A stretch of 64,000 nt of DNA from assembly GCF_009914755.1 (NCBI RefSeq), contig NC_060929.1; one strand, 5' to 3'. A program made the position numbers and the translations under genes. Positions 41,200 through 64,000 of the stretch are shown in pieces. This DNA comes from the human T2T-CHM13v2.0 reference genome, Homo sapiens. The notes below the pieces were generated by a model. The model saw only the letters and a list, made by a program, of their open reading frames with translations. It made no database searches and had not been told where the DNA came from. Position 1 is the stretch's first letter; each line of letters begins with the position of its first letter.

Positions 41200-41391
41200 C
41201 AGTGTTTCTCCACACAGCTGTGGTCCTCCACCCACCTGCAGAGTCCCACCTTGCAGAGCTGCTAAATGTGCAGATTTGTAGGCTCCAACCCAGCCTGGCT
41301 GAATTAGAATCTCTTGAGGTGGAGTCCAGAGTACTGAATTGTAAAAGTTTATCAAGTGATTTTGGTAAAAGTTAAAGTTTGAGAACCACTG
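41200..41391. mobile_element. MER5-like hAT-Charlie MITE
   Basis: CAGTGTTTCTC...gaattagaatct...TTTGAGAACCACTG termini. Confidence 0.75.
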
Positions 41392-42459
41392 TAATGACAA
41401 GTAACCCCTTCATGCTGGTGGCTGCCAAGGTCCAGGAGCTAAAGATGGTCATGTGTCTGTATGGAAAGATAGTCAGCAACAAAGAACCCTGAGTGAATTC
41501 CCAGTAACTGGGTTGGAGTTTTGAAACAGATTCAAGTTATTCAAGAAAAGGGACTGCAATCCTTATCAGATTGTCAAGCCAAGATTCTGCCACAGAGGAA
41601 AATATCAGCATTAAGGGACCGGAGCTGAAAAACAGAGCATGACCAAGTGACAAGAATGAGAAAAAAGTTTAAATGATAACTTGATCTTAAAGTCAAAGAT
41701 AAACAGGCCACATAGGTGACCTTATGGTGAGTGCCTGGTTGTTGGGCCAGGCCTGTAACTGGGAGTCAATAAGACTTTGACATCGAAAGAAGACAATTTC
41801 TGAGGCTGATAAGTGAGTCAGGCCCCATATATCCTAGGAATAAATGATGTGGTGTGGTGTGCCCTGTTATGTTATAACTTAGTATTCTAATCACTGAATC
41901 CCTTTTGCCCTATTATTATTCTCTCTTCTTGTAGATATTTGGCTCTCAATATTTCAATATTTATCTACTTTATATAATGAGGCAGAAACTGTTACTGCAT
42001 TCTAACCAAAATTTAATCTTGAATTAAGGTGTCCTGTAACAGGATTAGGGACCCACTTCTATGATATTTGTGATGATAATTTAGAATTGCTGATCAATGC
42101 TGGTCTTTCTAGTGCAAAGCAAACAATTAAAATCCCTTTACTCAAAGCTGTTTTCTGACTTAATCTGCATTTAATGGTAATTAATTTCACTTATGGTTCC
42201 TAAACAACTAACAGTTTCTACAGGTCACAGGATTAGTCCAAGAAACTATGAGCAATAGCAAACAAGAAGCCCCAGCTGTGTCTTTTTTATTAATTAATCC
42301 AACCCTGTGTTCATGCTCTTGGCATTCTTGCTTGGATGACATTCATCTACTTCCAACACTCATGGTAGTTCAAAGCAAAAGGTATATATAGAACACCCTC
42401 CACAGCCAGTGTGTGTGTGTGTGTTTGTTTGTTGTTTGTTTGTTTGTTTGAAAAAAACA

Positions 42460-42690
42460 AAGTGTAATCTATGGTATGGGCGCTGGAATCAGAAAGACCT
42501 GATTTCAGTCTCTCCTTGCACTGACTAACTTGTGTGAACCTGAGTGAGTTATTTATTTCTGAGATTCTTATCAGTAAAACAGGTATTAATACTATGTAGC
42601 TCTCTAGCTCACTGAACTGCTTTGAAATTAAGACAATTGTACATAAGGAAAGCATTTAGAAGAGCATATGGAAAGTTAGCTATCTTTATT
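42460..42690 (+). mobile_element. MIR SINE
   Basis: ctggaatcagaaagacctg...actaacttgtgtgaacctgagtgagttattta...agcatttagaagag. Confidence 0.65.
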
Positions 42691-43411
42691 TTTTTTGCTG
42701 TTGTTATACAGGCACTCCAGCCTTCAGGTACTAGATGAGGTAACATCCTCAGGAATCACTTGTCTACTATGTGTCTCCCTTTTTAATGCAAAGTGTCCTC
42801 ACAGGTCTCCTCTGGGAACTCCAAAAAGAATACTCCCTTTACACATGATCAAGGGAAAACTGCCTCAAGGCATCCATCACGTTCTTCCTCTCCTGCCTGG
42901 AGCCCTGACATATATCCCCTGTCTATGCCTCCAAGGGACCACTGTCACTACTACTGCTGAGAATGCCCATGTCCTAGCCTATGACGATGCCTTCTGATGC
43001 TCTCAAAAATCCAAGAATGTCACACTCTATCACTTGGAGCAGGGCAATGGAGCACCAATAATCCACAGAGTGTCTTATGAGAACAATTTCTTCAGCTATT
43101 ATATGCAGCCCTATTCTCCACACAGCCATACATACGTGACTTCATGCATTCAGTCAAGATAAGTATTTCTGAAAGAAAGCCTAGGCTTTCATTCCTACCC
43201 CCTTCCAAGCTCCTTTCACCATATCCTGCAAAATTAACATGCCTGTAAACCCTTACAACAGTGACTTCTTGAAGACAGTAGAGTTCAGTGGTTAAAAGCA
43301 AAGGATGTGAGTCACACTGTTTAGATTTAAGGGGAAAATAACAGCCTCTCTGTGCCTCAGTTTTTGGTTTGTTTTCAGAAAAAGAAAATTGATGTAGTAA
43401 TAGCACCTAAT

Positions 43412-43793
43412 TGATGCAGTTTGGCTCTGTGTCCCCACCCAAATTTCATCTCAAATTGTAATCCTCATAATCCCCACGTGTGGAGGGTGGGACCTGGTGG
43501 GAGTTGATTGGATCATACGGCCGGTTTCCCCCATGCTTTTCTTGTGATAGTGAGTGTGTTCTCATGAGATCTGATGGTTTGATAAGTGTTTGACAGTTCC
43601 TCATGCACACACTCACTCTCTCTCCTGCTGCCTTGTAAAGAAGGTACTTGCTTCTCCTTTGCATTCTTCCATGATTGTAAGTTTCCCGAGGCCTCCGCAA
43701 CCATGTGAAACTTTGAGTCAATTAAACCTCTTTCCTTTATAAATTACCCAGTCTCAGGCATTTCTTACAGCAGTGTGAGAACAGACTAATACA
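43412..43793 (+). mobile_element. THE1D/MSTA-like MaLR solo LTR inserted in a MIR
   Basis: TGATGCAGTTTGGCTCTGTGTCCCCACCCAAAT...GACTAATACA. 5-bp TSD ctaat at 43407-43411 and 43794-43798. Confidence 0.92.
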
Positions 43794-43920
43794 CTAATTG
43801 ACACAGAAATTTTGTGGGCCTAAATGAGGTGAGTATCTGAAACACTAAGATTGGGCCCTGACACTTATCATTAACTCAGCAAATGGTAACATTAGCAAGA
43901 ACTCCTTTTCTGATAGCCAC

Positions 43921-44682
<762 letters not shown>

Positions 44683-45213
44683 CTACAACTTAAGACAAAA
44701 CTAAGGCTTCTTCCACAACTTAACAAAATTACAAATGTTTCTAGTCCTATAGATTTGTTGTTGTTTTTCTCTTAATGGCTACAATTGGCACAACAGATAT
44801 TGTAATAAGCCCCTTAAATACAAGTTTAAGTGATGAGAAAATAATATGAAACTTTGATTTTCAAAAGCAGTAACCAATCATATCCCATATAAGGTTGAAA
44901 CATCCAGGTTTATAAAAGAAGCATCCCACCCAGCAGATTGAAGACTCTAACACATTGATTTAATTACATTTGTATAAGCATTGTTTCCTCAGAATTTTTG
45001 CTTTATGGAAAAAGTGAACCATGAATTGTGTTCACATAAACACATAATAAAGCAGTTCATTCCATAATAACAATATTTGTATATCACATATAATATAAAG
45101 TGTTTTGTAAACTTTTATAATTTAATTTAATCTCATAATTCACTTTCATAATTTATAATTTAATTGTATAATTTAATTTAATCTTACAACAATCACATAT
45201 GAAAAGTACAGCA

Positions 45214-51334
<6,121 letters not shown>

Positions 51335-51879
51335 GAAAAGTACAGCAGATATTGTTTCTATATTACGGATAAGAAAACTAAAGCTCAGAGTGGGTACATA
51401 AATCAAACTAGTCATGCTCCTGGAAATAGTGAAGCCACAACCTGAATCTAAGACTTTTAAAATTCCATACTAAAACTTGTTTACTGTAACACTATGAATG
51501 AAGTTGTTTGCTTTGATTAATTTTTTTGTATATGCATTTTGATATGCCAATCCTTTACTCTTCAATTCTGCCAAATTTACTTGCTGAACGTATTCCACCA
51601 CGTCTTACAATAAGATGCCAAATAGCATGAGGATTCTTGTCCTTCTCTGACCTCTCTTTTGAGTTTCCTGCCTGGGAAAGATTATGAACAAAGAGAATTG
51701 AGAAAGCAGTTTAGAAAAGAATCAGGAACCATGAATCACCATCACTGGGTTCACTTGAGACTGGATTCACTGGGTTTTTCTGAGACTCCAAGGAACCTGT
51801 GGGAAAACAAAATCGAGGATGAGAACTTAGGCAAAACTCAAAGTTTGTGCTCTCTTCCTTCTTCTAAACTTGATTAGGC

Positions 51880-52035
51880 CAGTGGTTCTCAATTCCAATT
51901 GCACCTAAAAGTATCTGGGGAACTCTCCAAAAATGACAAAACCTGAGTCACACTCAGGGCCAATAAACTCAGAATCTTTGAAGATGGAGCTGGGATATGG
52001 GGAGTTTACAAAAGCTCCTGGGTGCTTCCAGTGCG
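51880..52035. mobile_element. MER5-like MITE
   Basis: CAGTGGTTCTCAA...ctcagaatct...gcagccagggtttgagaac. Confidence 0.7.
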
Positions 52036-53417
52036 CAGCCAGGGTTTGAGAACGAGTGTGATGTCATAACCACCAGATCTCAAAGGCAAAGTGGGGAACC
52101 ACAGTAGCTCTTAAAATAAGCATCCACCACTGCTCCAGAGAAGGGTAGAGACGTGAGAAAGGCCTGCACTGTGCCTGGTCCAGGAGGAAAAATGGGAATC
52201 TGGGTCAAGAGACAGCCAGATTCTTCATGTCATCTCTAGCAGCAAGTGCTAGAATAGAGGGAACATTCTTTTCTTCACCCAGCCTAACCTTTCCATTTCT
52301 ATATGTTACCCAAGTTATTTCTAACTGGTAAGGATTATCCCTATTTTCAATTATCATTGTGACATTCATGATTGTGTTGTTGGTGTTGTTGGAGCTTTGA
52401 CTGTTAGGGCAGTGACTGGTAACAGAACTATAATCTTTCAAAGGTGCAGCATTTATTGGCTTTTATTTGAACTTAAAATAAGTGACCTATTGCTTCTTGC
52501 ACTATTGTCAACTATAAGTGTGTGGGAAAAAATCCTATCTTTGCCCTTGATTTATGACAAAAATATTTTTAAATGTGAAATCATTCTTTTGATGTTTGCA
52601 GTACATTTCAAATGAAGATGGAATCTTTTGCCACTATTCAGAATTTGTCCCATCTGCCCCAATAAAAATACAAGTTATAGATTCAAGAATATCCATAGGA
52701 ATCCTTTAACTCTGTATCAACAGACAAAGAAATCATTCTTGAAATACATCTGATGACATGATAGACTGGTAAAGTCAAATCTCTCCAGAAGCAAAAATTA
52801 ACTATGATTACTTGATGTAAGACATCACTCAAACCAATCAAATGTTATTTTGGGAAATCATAAATTTATATCCAGTGTCAGTTTGTCACTCATTAAGTTC
52901 TTATAAGAATGATTAGGAAATTATCTTAATAAGTAAACGTTAGTCTTAATCTCTTCTTACTTTGATGGCTTAAAAATATAAGTTTATATCAATTCATTGG
53001 GTCTCACTAAATGACTCTGCCTGCTTGGAGGGTTATTTATTCTACTATTAATAAACTTTAGGATTGACAAGAAATTCTTGCATTGCTCCAATCTGCAACA
53101 AATCTACCTACCATGTGTTAGTACAGCTTTCAAAATATGATTTTATAATTAACATTAATAAATATTTGCTGGGTACCTACTATGTTCCAGACCCTGTGAA
53201 AGGTGCTAGAAATATATGAAAATCTCATTACCTTAAAATTGTTTCCATACACAAAAATTCCAGGAGCAGACTTTAGTCTTGCCAAGGTGTCATTTTAGTG
53301 ACTGACATGGATCACCACCCCCTGGCAGTCAACAATGACAGCAAGCAAAGCTGCTTAACAGGGAGTTACTGATCTTCCAGCTGTATTTTGCTTGTCACTG
53401 CTTTGAAAGATGCTTAC

Positions 53418-54330
53418 GGGGGGAGGAGCCAAGATGGCCGAATAGGAACAGCTCCGGTCTACAGCTCCCAGCGTGAGCAACGCAGAAGACGGGTGATTTC
53501 AGCATTTCCATCTGAGGTACCGGGTTCATCTCACTAGGGAGTGCCAGACAGTGGGCGCAGGCCAGTGTGTGTGCGCACCGTGCGCGAGCCGAAGCAGGGC
53601 GAGGCATTGCCTCACCTGGGAAGCGCAAGGGGTCAGGGAGTTCCCTTTCCGAGTCAAAGAAAGGGGTGACGGAGGCACCTGGAAAATCGGGTCACTCCCA
53701 CCCGAATATTGCGCTTTTCAGACCGGCTTAAGAAACGGCGCACCACGAGACTATATCCCACACCTGGCTCAGAGGGTCCTACGCCCACGGAATCTCGCTG
53801 ATTGCTAGCACAGCAGTCTGAGATCAAACGGCAAGGCCAAGGAGGCAACGAGGCTGGGGGAGGGGCGCCCGCCATTGCCCAGGCTTGCTTAGGTAAACAA
53901 AGCAGCTGGGAAGCTCGAACTGGGTGGAGCCCACCACAGCTCAAGGAGGTCTGCCTGCCTCTGTAGGCTCCACCTCTGGGGGCAGGGCACAGACAAACAA
54001 AAAGACAGCAGTAACCTCTGCAGACTTAAGTGTCCCTGTCTGACAGCTTTGAAGAGAGCAGTGGTTCTCCCAGCACGCAGCTGGAGATCTGAGAACGGGC
54101 AGACTGCCTCCTCAAGTGGGTCCCTGACCCCTGACCCCCGAGCAGCCTAACTGGGAGGCACCCCCCAGCAGGGGCACACTGACACCTCACACAGCAGGGT
54201 ATTCCAACAGACCTGCAGCTGAGGGTCCTGTCTGTTAGAAGGAAAACTAACAACCAGAAAGGACATCTACACCGAAAACCCATCTGTACATCACCATCAT
54301 CAAAGACCAAAAGTAGATAAAACCACAAAG
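53418..54330 (+). promoter_or_regulatory. L1 5' UTR with CpG-rich internal sense promoter, YY1 site and antisense promoter
   Basis: CAAGATGGC YY1 motif at 53430-53438 and retained CpGs. Promoter function is inferred from established L1HS biology. Confidence 0.85.
53654..53875 (-). CDS. L1 antisense ORF0, 73 aa (2-aa in-frame insertion)
   Basis: MAGAPPPASLPPWPCRLISDCCASNQRDSVGVGPSEPGVGYSLVVRRFLSRSEKRNIRVGVTRFSRCLRHPFL; ATG at 53875-53873. Confidence 0.8.
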   Translation of the reverse strand: MAGAPPPASLPPWPCRLISDCCASNQRDSVGVGPSEPGVGYSLVVRRFLSRSEKRNIRVGVTRFSRCLRHPFL

Positions 54331-55347
54331 ATGGGGAAAAAACAGAACAGAAAAACTGGAAACTCTAAAACGCAGAGCGCCTCTCCTCCTCCAAAGGAAC
54401 GCAGTTCCTCACCAGCAACAGAACAAAGCTGGATGGAGAATGATTTTGACGAGCTGAGAGAAGAAGGCTTCAGACGATCAAATTACTCTGAGCTACGGGA
54501 GGACATTCAAACCAAAGGCAAAGAAGTTGAAAACTTTGAAAAAAATTTAGAAGAATGTATAACTAGAATAACCAATACAGAGAAGTGCTTAAAGGAGCTG
54601 ATGGAGCTGAAAACCAAGGCTCGAGAACTACGTGAAGAATGCAGAAGCCTCAGGAGCCGATGCGATCAACTGGAAGAAAGGGTATCAGCGATGGAAGATG
54701 AAATGAATGAAATGAAGCGAGAAGGGAAGTTTAGAGAAAAAAGAATAAAAAGAAATGAGCAAAGCCTCCAAGAAATATGGGACTATGTGAAAAGACCAAA
54801 TCTACGTCTGATTGGTGTACCTGAAAGTGATGGGGAGAATGGAACCAAGTTGGAAAACACTCTGCAGGATATTATCCAGGAGAACTTCCCCAATCTAGCA
54901 AGGCAGGCCAACGTTCAGATTCAGGAAATACAGAGAACGCCACAAAGATACTCCTCGAGAAGAGCAACTCCAAGACACATAATTGTCAGATTCACCAAAG
55001 TTGAAATGAAGGAAAAAATGTTAAGGGCAGCCAGAGAGAAAGGTCGGGTTACCCTCAAAGGAAAGCCCATCAGACTAACAGCGGATCTCTCGGCAGAAAC
55101 CCTACAAGCCAGAAGAGAGTGGGGGCCAATATTCAACATTCTTAAAGAAAAGAATTTTCAACCCAGAATTTCATATCCAGCCAAACTAAGCTTCATAAGT
55201 GAAGGAGAAATAAAATACTTTATAGACAAGCAAATGCTGAGAGATTTTGTCACCACCAGGCCTGCCCTAAAAGAGCTCCTGAAGGAAGCGCTAAACATGG
55301 AAAGGAACAACCGGTACCAGCCGCTGCAAAATCATGCCAAAATGTAA
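54331..55347 (+). CDS. LINE-1 ORF1p RNA-binding protein, intact 338 aa
   Basis: MGKKQNRKTG...HAKM with coiled coil and the REKG, ARR and YPAKLS motifs intact. Confidence 0.97.
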   Translation: MGKKQNRKTGNSKTQSASPPPKERSSSPATEQSWMENDFDELREEGFRRSNYSELREDIQTKGKEVENFEKNLEECITRITNTEKCLKELMELKTKARELREECRSLRSRCDQLEERVSAMEDEMNEMKREGKFREKRIKRNEQSLQEIWDYVKRPNLRLIGVPESDGENGTKLENTLQDIIQENFPNLARQANVQIQEIQRTPQRYSSRRATPRHIIVRFTKVEMKEKMLRAAREKGRVTLKGKPIRLTADLSAETLQARREWGPIFNILKEKNFQPRISYPAKLSFISEGEIKYFIDKQMLRDFVTTRPALKELLKEALNMERNNRYQPLQNHAKM

Positions 55348-55386
55348 AGACCATCGAGACTAGGAAGAAACTGCATCAACTAATGA

Positions 55387-59237
<3,851 letters not shown>

Positions 59238-59506
59238 ACAATGAGATCACATGGACACAGGAAGGGGAATATCACACTCTGGGGACTGTGGTGGGGTTGG
59301 GGGAGGGGGGAGGGATAGCATTGGGAGATATACCTAATGCTAGATGACACGTTAGTGGGTGCAGCGCACCAGCATGGCACATGTATACATATGTAACTAA
59401 ACTGCACAATGTGCACATGTACCCTAAAACTTAGAGTATAATAAAAAAAAAAAAAATTAAAAAATAATAAAAAAAAAAAAAAAAAAAAAAAAAGAAAGAT
59501 GCTTAC

Positions 59507-59550
59507 TTTGAAGATCTCCATCATGTGGAAGAGAAAAGGTACAATGTAAC
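59507..59550 (-). other. Candidate 44-bp exon whose splice donor lies in the L1HS TSD
   Basis: Minus strand reads ctcgctgttccttgatttatAG|GTTACATT...ATCTTCAAA|GTAAGC. Confidence 0.33.
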
Positions 59551-60429
59551 CTATAAATCAAGGAACAGCGAGGTTTTAGAGACACAAGTAAACCACCATG
59601 TAAGTAACTCAGAGAGCTCACAAAGAAGGTAAACATGGTGAATAAAATAAAGAGTTCGTGAACTTGATGATAAAGGAATCAATTTCTTCTCCAATAAACA
59701 TTTTGTAAGCACTGTACCAAGAATAGAAGAAAAGAGTCTCCGTCCCACCCCTTGCCCAAAGGAAGAAAGAGCTAATCACAGGAGATGCTCCAGAATGCCT
59801 AAAGTATCATAATGAATAGTTCTACTAATGTCCACTTTTCAATGGAAAGTATGGACCTCTTAGATTCGCTTCCAAATTCCTCCCAAAATGACTGTCAATA
59901 CTCTTGTTATTGAACCTGGAAAAAAAAGTTTCTAATATATTATTGATCACTTATCAATTCCCCAAACTGACGACAGCAGTTCTTAGATTAACTGTTAAAC
60001 CTTGTTCATCATGATTATGCTGAATGTTTGTATGCAGTTTATGGGTTTTATGTCTGCAGTCATTCCTTCATTTTTCCATAGAAATGATATAAACAATGAT
60101 GATGTAATTTAAATTTTATTCAATTTACTGGATTTTAAATGTTTTCTACATGGAGACCATGAAGAGGAACTATGTTCAGAGAAAATGTCTACAAAGCAGG
60201 ACCATGGCCAACCACTTTTAATTTAACCCAATTCACTAAAAGTACAATAAAATATCATCTATTTGGAATTTATTAATTTTAAATATGTGAAAATCCACAT
60301 TGCTGAAGTTGATCTGTGAAATTATATCTAGATTTGAATACCAGTTCACCACTTGGAAACTTATTGATTAAAATTTCTAAACGTCCATTTACTCATCTGT
60401 AAAATGGGTACAATCTCTTTATTTTTTCT

Positions 60430-61150
60430 AATTACTGCTACTGCTAGCACTCTATTCCAACCTACAAACATTTTGTGCCTAGAATAGTACAAAAGTCTCC
60501 TAACTGGTTCTCCTGACTCCATTCTTGCCTACTCCACCTTCCCCCCGCTGCCAAAAAACAGGCTATTATTTACATAGAGACCAGAGTGATTTGTTTTTTT
60601 AAGTCAGATTATTTCACTCCTCTAATAGAAATTCTAATGACTTCCTCTTTCACTCAATAAAATTCAGACTCCTTGTGGCCAAAAAGACCCACATGAGCTA
60701 CCCCCACCCACACCCCCACTACCATCACATCTTCCCTAACCTCATCTTTTACCACTCTGCCAGTTGGTCCTTCCACCCTAGTTACATGGGCATTTCACAT
60801 AAGCTCTGCACCTACCTGAAATGCACTTCCCCCAGAATGCCACATGGCTTGTCTGCCCACTCTTCTTCTCAGCTCAAATGCCACCTTCCCTGGTTATGTT
60901 ATTTAAAATAACATTCCATCCTTAATCTCTCAGCCACTCTGTATCCTCCTCGCCCTGTTTTATTCTTCTTCACAATACTTCTCAGGGTGTGACTTAGAAG
61001 TGGCTTTTGTTTAATATCTGTTTCCCTGAGAGGGGAAAACCAATTAGTCTCTCTGAGAAGAAGGATTATTGTCTCTTTTATTCACTGCTATACCCTCTGC
61101 ATGGAGAATAGTGCCCGGCATATAGTAAATTCTCAGCAAGAATATAAAAA
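60430..61150 (+). mobile_element. L2 LINE 3' portion
   Basis: ctcctaactggttctcctg...cagctcaaatgccaccttccc...ttattcactgctataccc...agtgcccggcatatagta. Confidence 0.75.
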
Positions 61151-61563
61151 TGGATGGTTTCTTCTGCTTAGTAATGCCTTTCATGGCCTACTTTAGTTAC
61201 TTAAAAATAACAAATTCATTTTTCTTAATATACTCCATAACCAAGTTTTTCACTAACTCAGATCTGATTTATACCTGAATGAATGTTATTCTGTCAGAAG
61301 GGATAAATATGTGACCCCATTAAGACAAAAACTTGGTAACAGATCTTTTTGAAATCTTACAACTATTTTACTTTCTTGGAAAATCAGCCTATTTTGTTCT
61401 TTTTATCAGTTTAATTGGATATCTGAGATGATCTTAGTTATGATGTCTTGCCCTTAATAATCTTGGTTAATTATACAATAGCTGGTACAATTATATAATA
61501 TTGAATTTTAAAATTCTCTTAAATCCATGTTTGAGTTATAAACTTAAAATCACCAAAGCTGGG

Positions 61564-62078
61564 TGTGGTAATTTTAAAATATGGCCCCAGATGATTTCAC
61601 AGCCCTTCCATTGGGAGGTAGGGTCTATCTCTCCTCCCCTTGAATGTGGGCAAACTTGTGACTTCTTGACTTACAGAGCACAGGCTTCCTGGGCTAGATC
61701 AGAATAGGTTATGCAACTTCCACCTTATTCTCTAAGAATGTTCACACGGGGGTAAGCCAGGCACCATCTGAAGAGTCTGCCTACCCTAAGACCTCCCTGA
61801 TGAAGAGGCCATGTATAGGCACTCCAACCAACTGTCCCAGCTAAGCTCCCATTTGACAGCCAGCATCAACTGCCGGCCACCAGCCTATGCCAGGCTTCAA
61901 ATGGCCACAGCCCTAGCTGACACCTAACTACAACCAAATGAGAAACACAAAGTGAAGATGGCCAACCAGCCTCTTCCTGAATTTCTGACCCACAAAACTA
62001 GAGTAAAATTAAATATTTGTTGTTTTTACACTTCTACATTTGGAAGTCATTTATTACCCAGCAATAGAAACTTATACA
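61564..62078 (+). mobile_element. MLT1 (G/H-like) solo LTR
   Basis: TGTGGTAATTTTAAAATATGGCCCC...ctccccttgaatgtgggc...gcaatagaaacttATACA. Confidence 0.75.
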
Positions 62079-62762
62079 GCAGGAAATGCTGTCTCCCCTG
62101 TATTGTTCTGACTCTGTTTTCCACATGGTAAGAAAACAATCCATGGAAAATGTAGTGGATTTTATCAACATTGGTTTTGATTCACACAAGATAGAAAATC
62201 ATTAAAACTCGAAAGGCATGTTGATTTCAGTGTTCTGAAAATGCAGCCTGTATAAGCTGTGGTCTATCAAGACCACTGAGTTAGAGAAGAGGTAGTTAAA
62301 TTATGGGCCTGCTCACCAAATGTGGCCCACCACTTGTCGTATATAAAACAAAATAAATATAGCCTACAAAGCCTAAAATATTTACTATCTTGTCCTCTAC
62401 CAGAAAGGTTTGCTGATCTCTGAGTTGAAGAATGGCAAAGTTAGAAAGAGAATGTAAGTGTTCTAAGTATTCTTTTCTTATTATGTTGTTGGGCAAAAAT
62501 ATCATTTTTCAATAATATCAGTATATTTTAATGGGCCTATTTCATGATTCTTATCAGCACTTCTTAAATTTTTTAAGGATTTTTAGTTGTTTTTGTTTTG
62601 GGAGTTCCCCCAGCCCCATTTTTTAGGTCTCCTTGTTTTGCTTTTAGTTTTCCTATCAAAAGAAAGAGATAAGTCACAGGAGAAGGAATACACATCACAG
62701 TTTTCTATGATACCATCAGTGAAGCAAATTCATATCAATTGAAGAAAATTAATATCTGAGGT

Positions 62763-62975
62763 CAGGGGTTGGCAAACTTTTTCTACAAGGGCAAGGATAT
62801 TTTTAGCTTTGCAAACCACATGCTCTCTGTCTCATCTACTCGACCCTGATGTTTAACAGAAAAGCAGCCACAAACAGTGCTTAAATAAATGGCTATGTTT
62901 GTGTACAATAAGACTTTATTTATAGAAGCAAGTGGTAGGCTGGAGTTAGCCTGCAATCGTCATTAGCCCACCCCT
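62763..62975. mobile_element. MER58-like hAT MITE (a second partial copy lies at ~62345-62422)
   Basis: CAGGGGTTGGCAAACTTTTTCT...aataagactttattta...gcccacccct. Confidence 0.75.
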
Positions 62976-64000
62976 ATTTTGGATAATGTAGGGACACACG
63001 CACAAGCAGGGAGGTAGCAGGGATGTGGCACTGCTGCTTGAGATGTTTGCAGTTGTAAATCCTATACAGAGAAGGAAGGGGAATACAATACATGAGATTC
63101 ATGTCATAACAATATTTTGCCTGTTTACTACATTTTTTTATTCAGTATACTCTAAACTATTATCCAGTTTACTAATAATATCGAATTAGAGTTGAGTTAG
63201 TATACTGAAAGACCTCATAAGTTAAAATTTAGTCTTTATTATTACAACTTGAAAATCTTACCTTTTTGCAGTAGATTTAGTTCTTCAAGATATAAAAAGA
63301 GGTCATTTCAGATTTCAATAGCCCCACTAAAACAGCTACCTCCCAGCCTGAGAGTCCTGAAACAGGCTTTTTTCCCTCTGTTGTCAAACCTTCCTAAACA
63401 CAGTATTCGCAGACTGTGTGGTATGTTTTCCTCCTAGTTTTCAGAATCCCTGAAGTTCTTCCAATACAAAAAAAAAGGCTTATTTTTACCAGTTGGTGGA
63501 GGATGTTCCACTTTCAAAGGGAGAGAATTTTTAATTCCCTCCATAGGGCTTCATAGCTATTGTAAACTTCATGGGCAGGCTTTCACCTGCATAGAGGACC
63601 AATTCCACATAATGCCAACCATTCTAGGGTAAAATGGATGGGGTGAGGGTGACAGTAACCCTGTACCCATTACTAGCACATAGTTAAAAGGTAATATGAA
63701 AATAGACTTTGGGGAAAATTTTATGTTTTATATTTACCTCAAAATAAATGCCTACTTAGACAAAAAATAAAATTCTTTCCACTGCTAAAAGCAAATAAAT
63801 AAATTTCCCAGAGATTCAAAAATGAAAAGAATATTACCTTTGTCCCTAGGATAGATATATAGATGAATAGATTTCAGAGCATTTTAAAATGCACTGAAAA
63901 AGTAAGCAACTAATTAGCAATTAGAAATGTATAGTAACATTGATTACATAAATATAAGTGTACATATATAAGTAATTATAAAAAGCAAGGCACAAACATT

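Overview
This is human genomic DNA, mostly intergenic or intronic and rich in transposons; human origin is inferred from L1HS-specific 3' UTR diagnostics. No long host coding exon is recognisable. The dominant features are two full-length, same-orientation LINE-1s about 2 kb apart: a decayed L1PA4/5-like copy (45214-51334) and a young L1HS pre-Ta copy (53418-59493). The young copy has an intact ORF1 and ORF0. Its ORF2 is split by one frameshift into an endonuclease half (352 aa) and an RT/C-terminal half (923 aa) that overlap at an ATGA stop/start. The same non-consensus motif (GACACAGAGACATGAAAACC) is in the older neighbour, inside a 67-bp identical tract, which suggests short gene conversion from the old L1 into the young one. 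Other observations: the L1HS target-site duplication (TSD) copies a candidate 5' splice site; a twin-primed L1 carries nested insertions and a 194-bp tandem duplication; there is a tailless U6 retrocopy, an MLT2A LTR plus leader with a 20-bp flanking duplication, a fold-back hairpin in a MaLR LTR and an unexplained 27-bp exact repeat. Candidate minus-strand exons of an unidentified gene lie downstream of an ETS-IRF/NF-kB motif cluster. Repeat subfamily names come from recalled consensus sequences, not a database search, and boundaries of old repeats are approximate.
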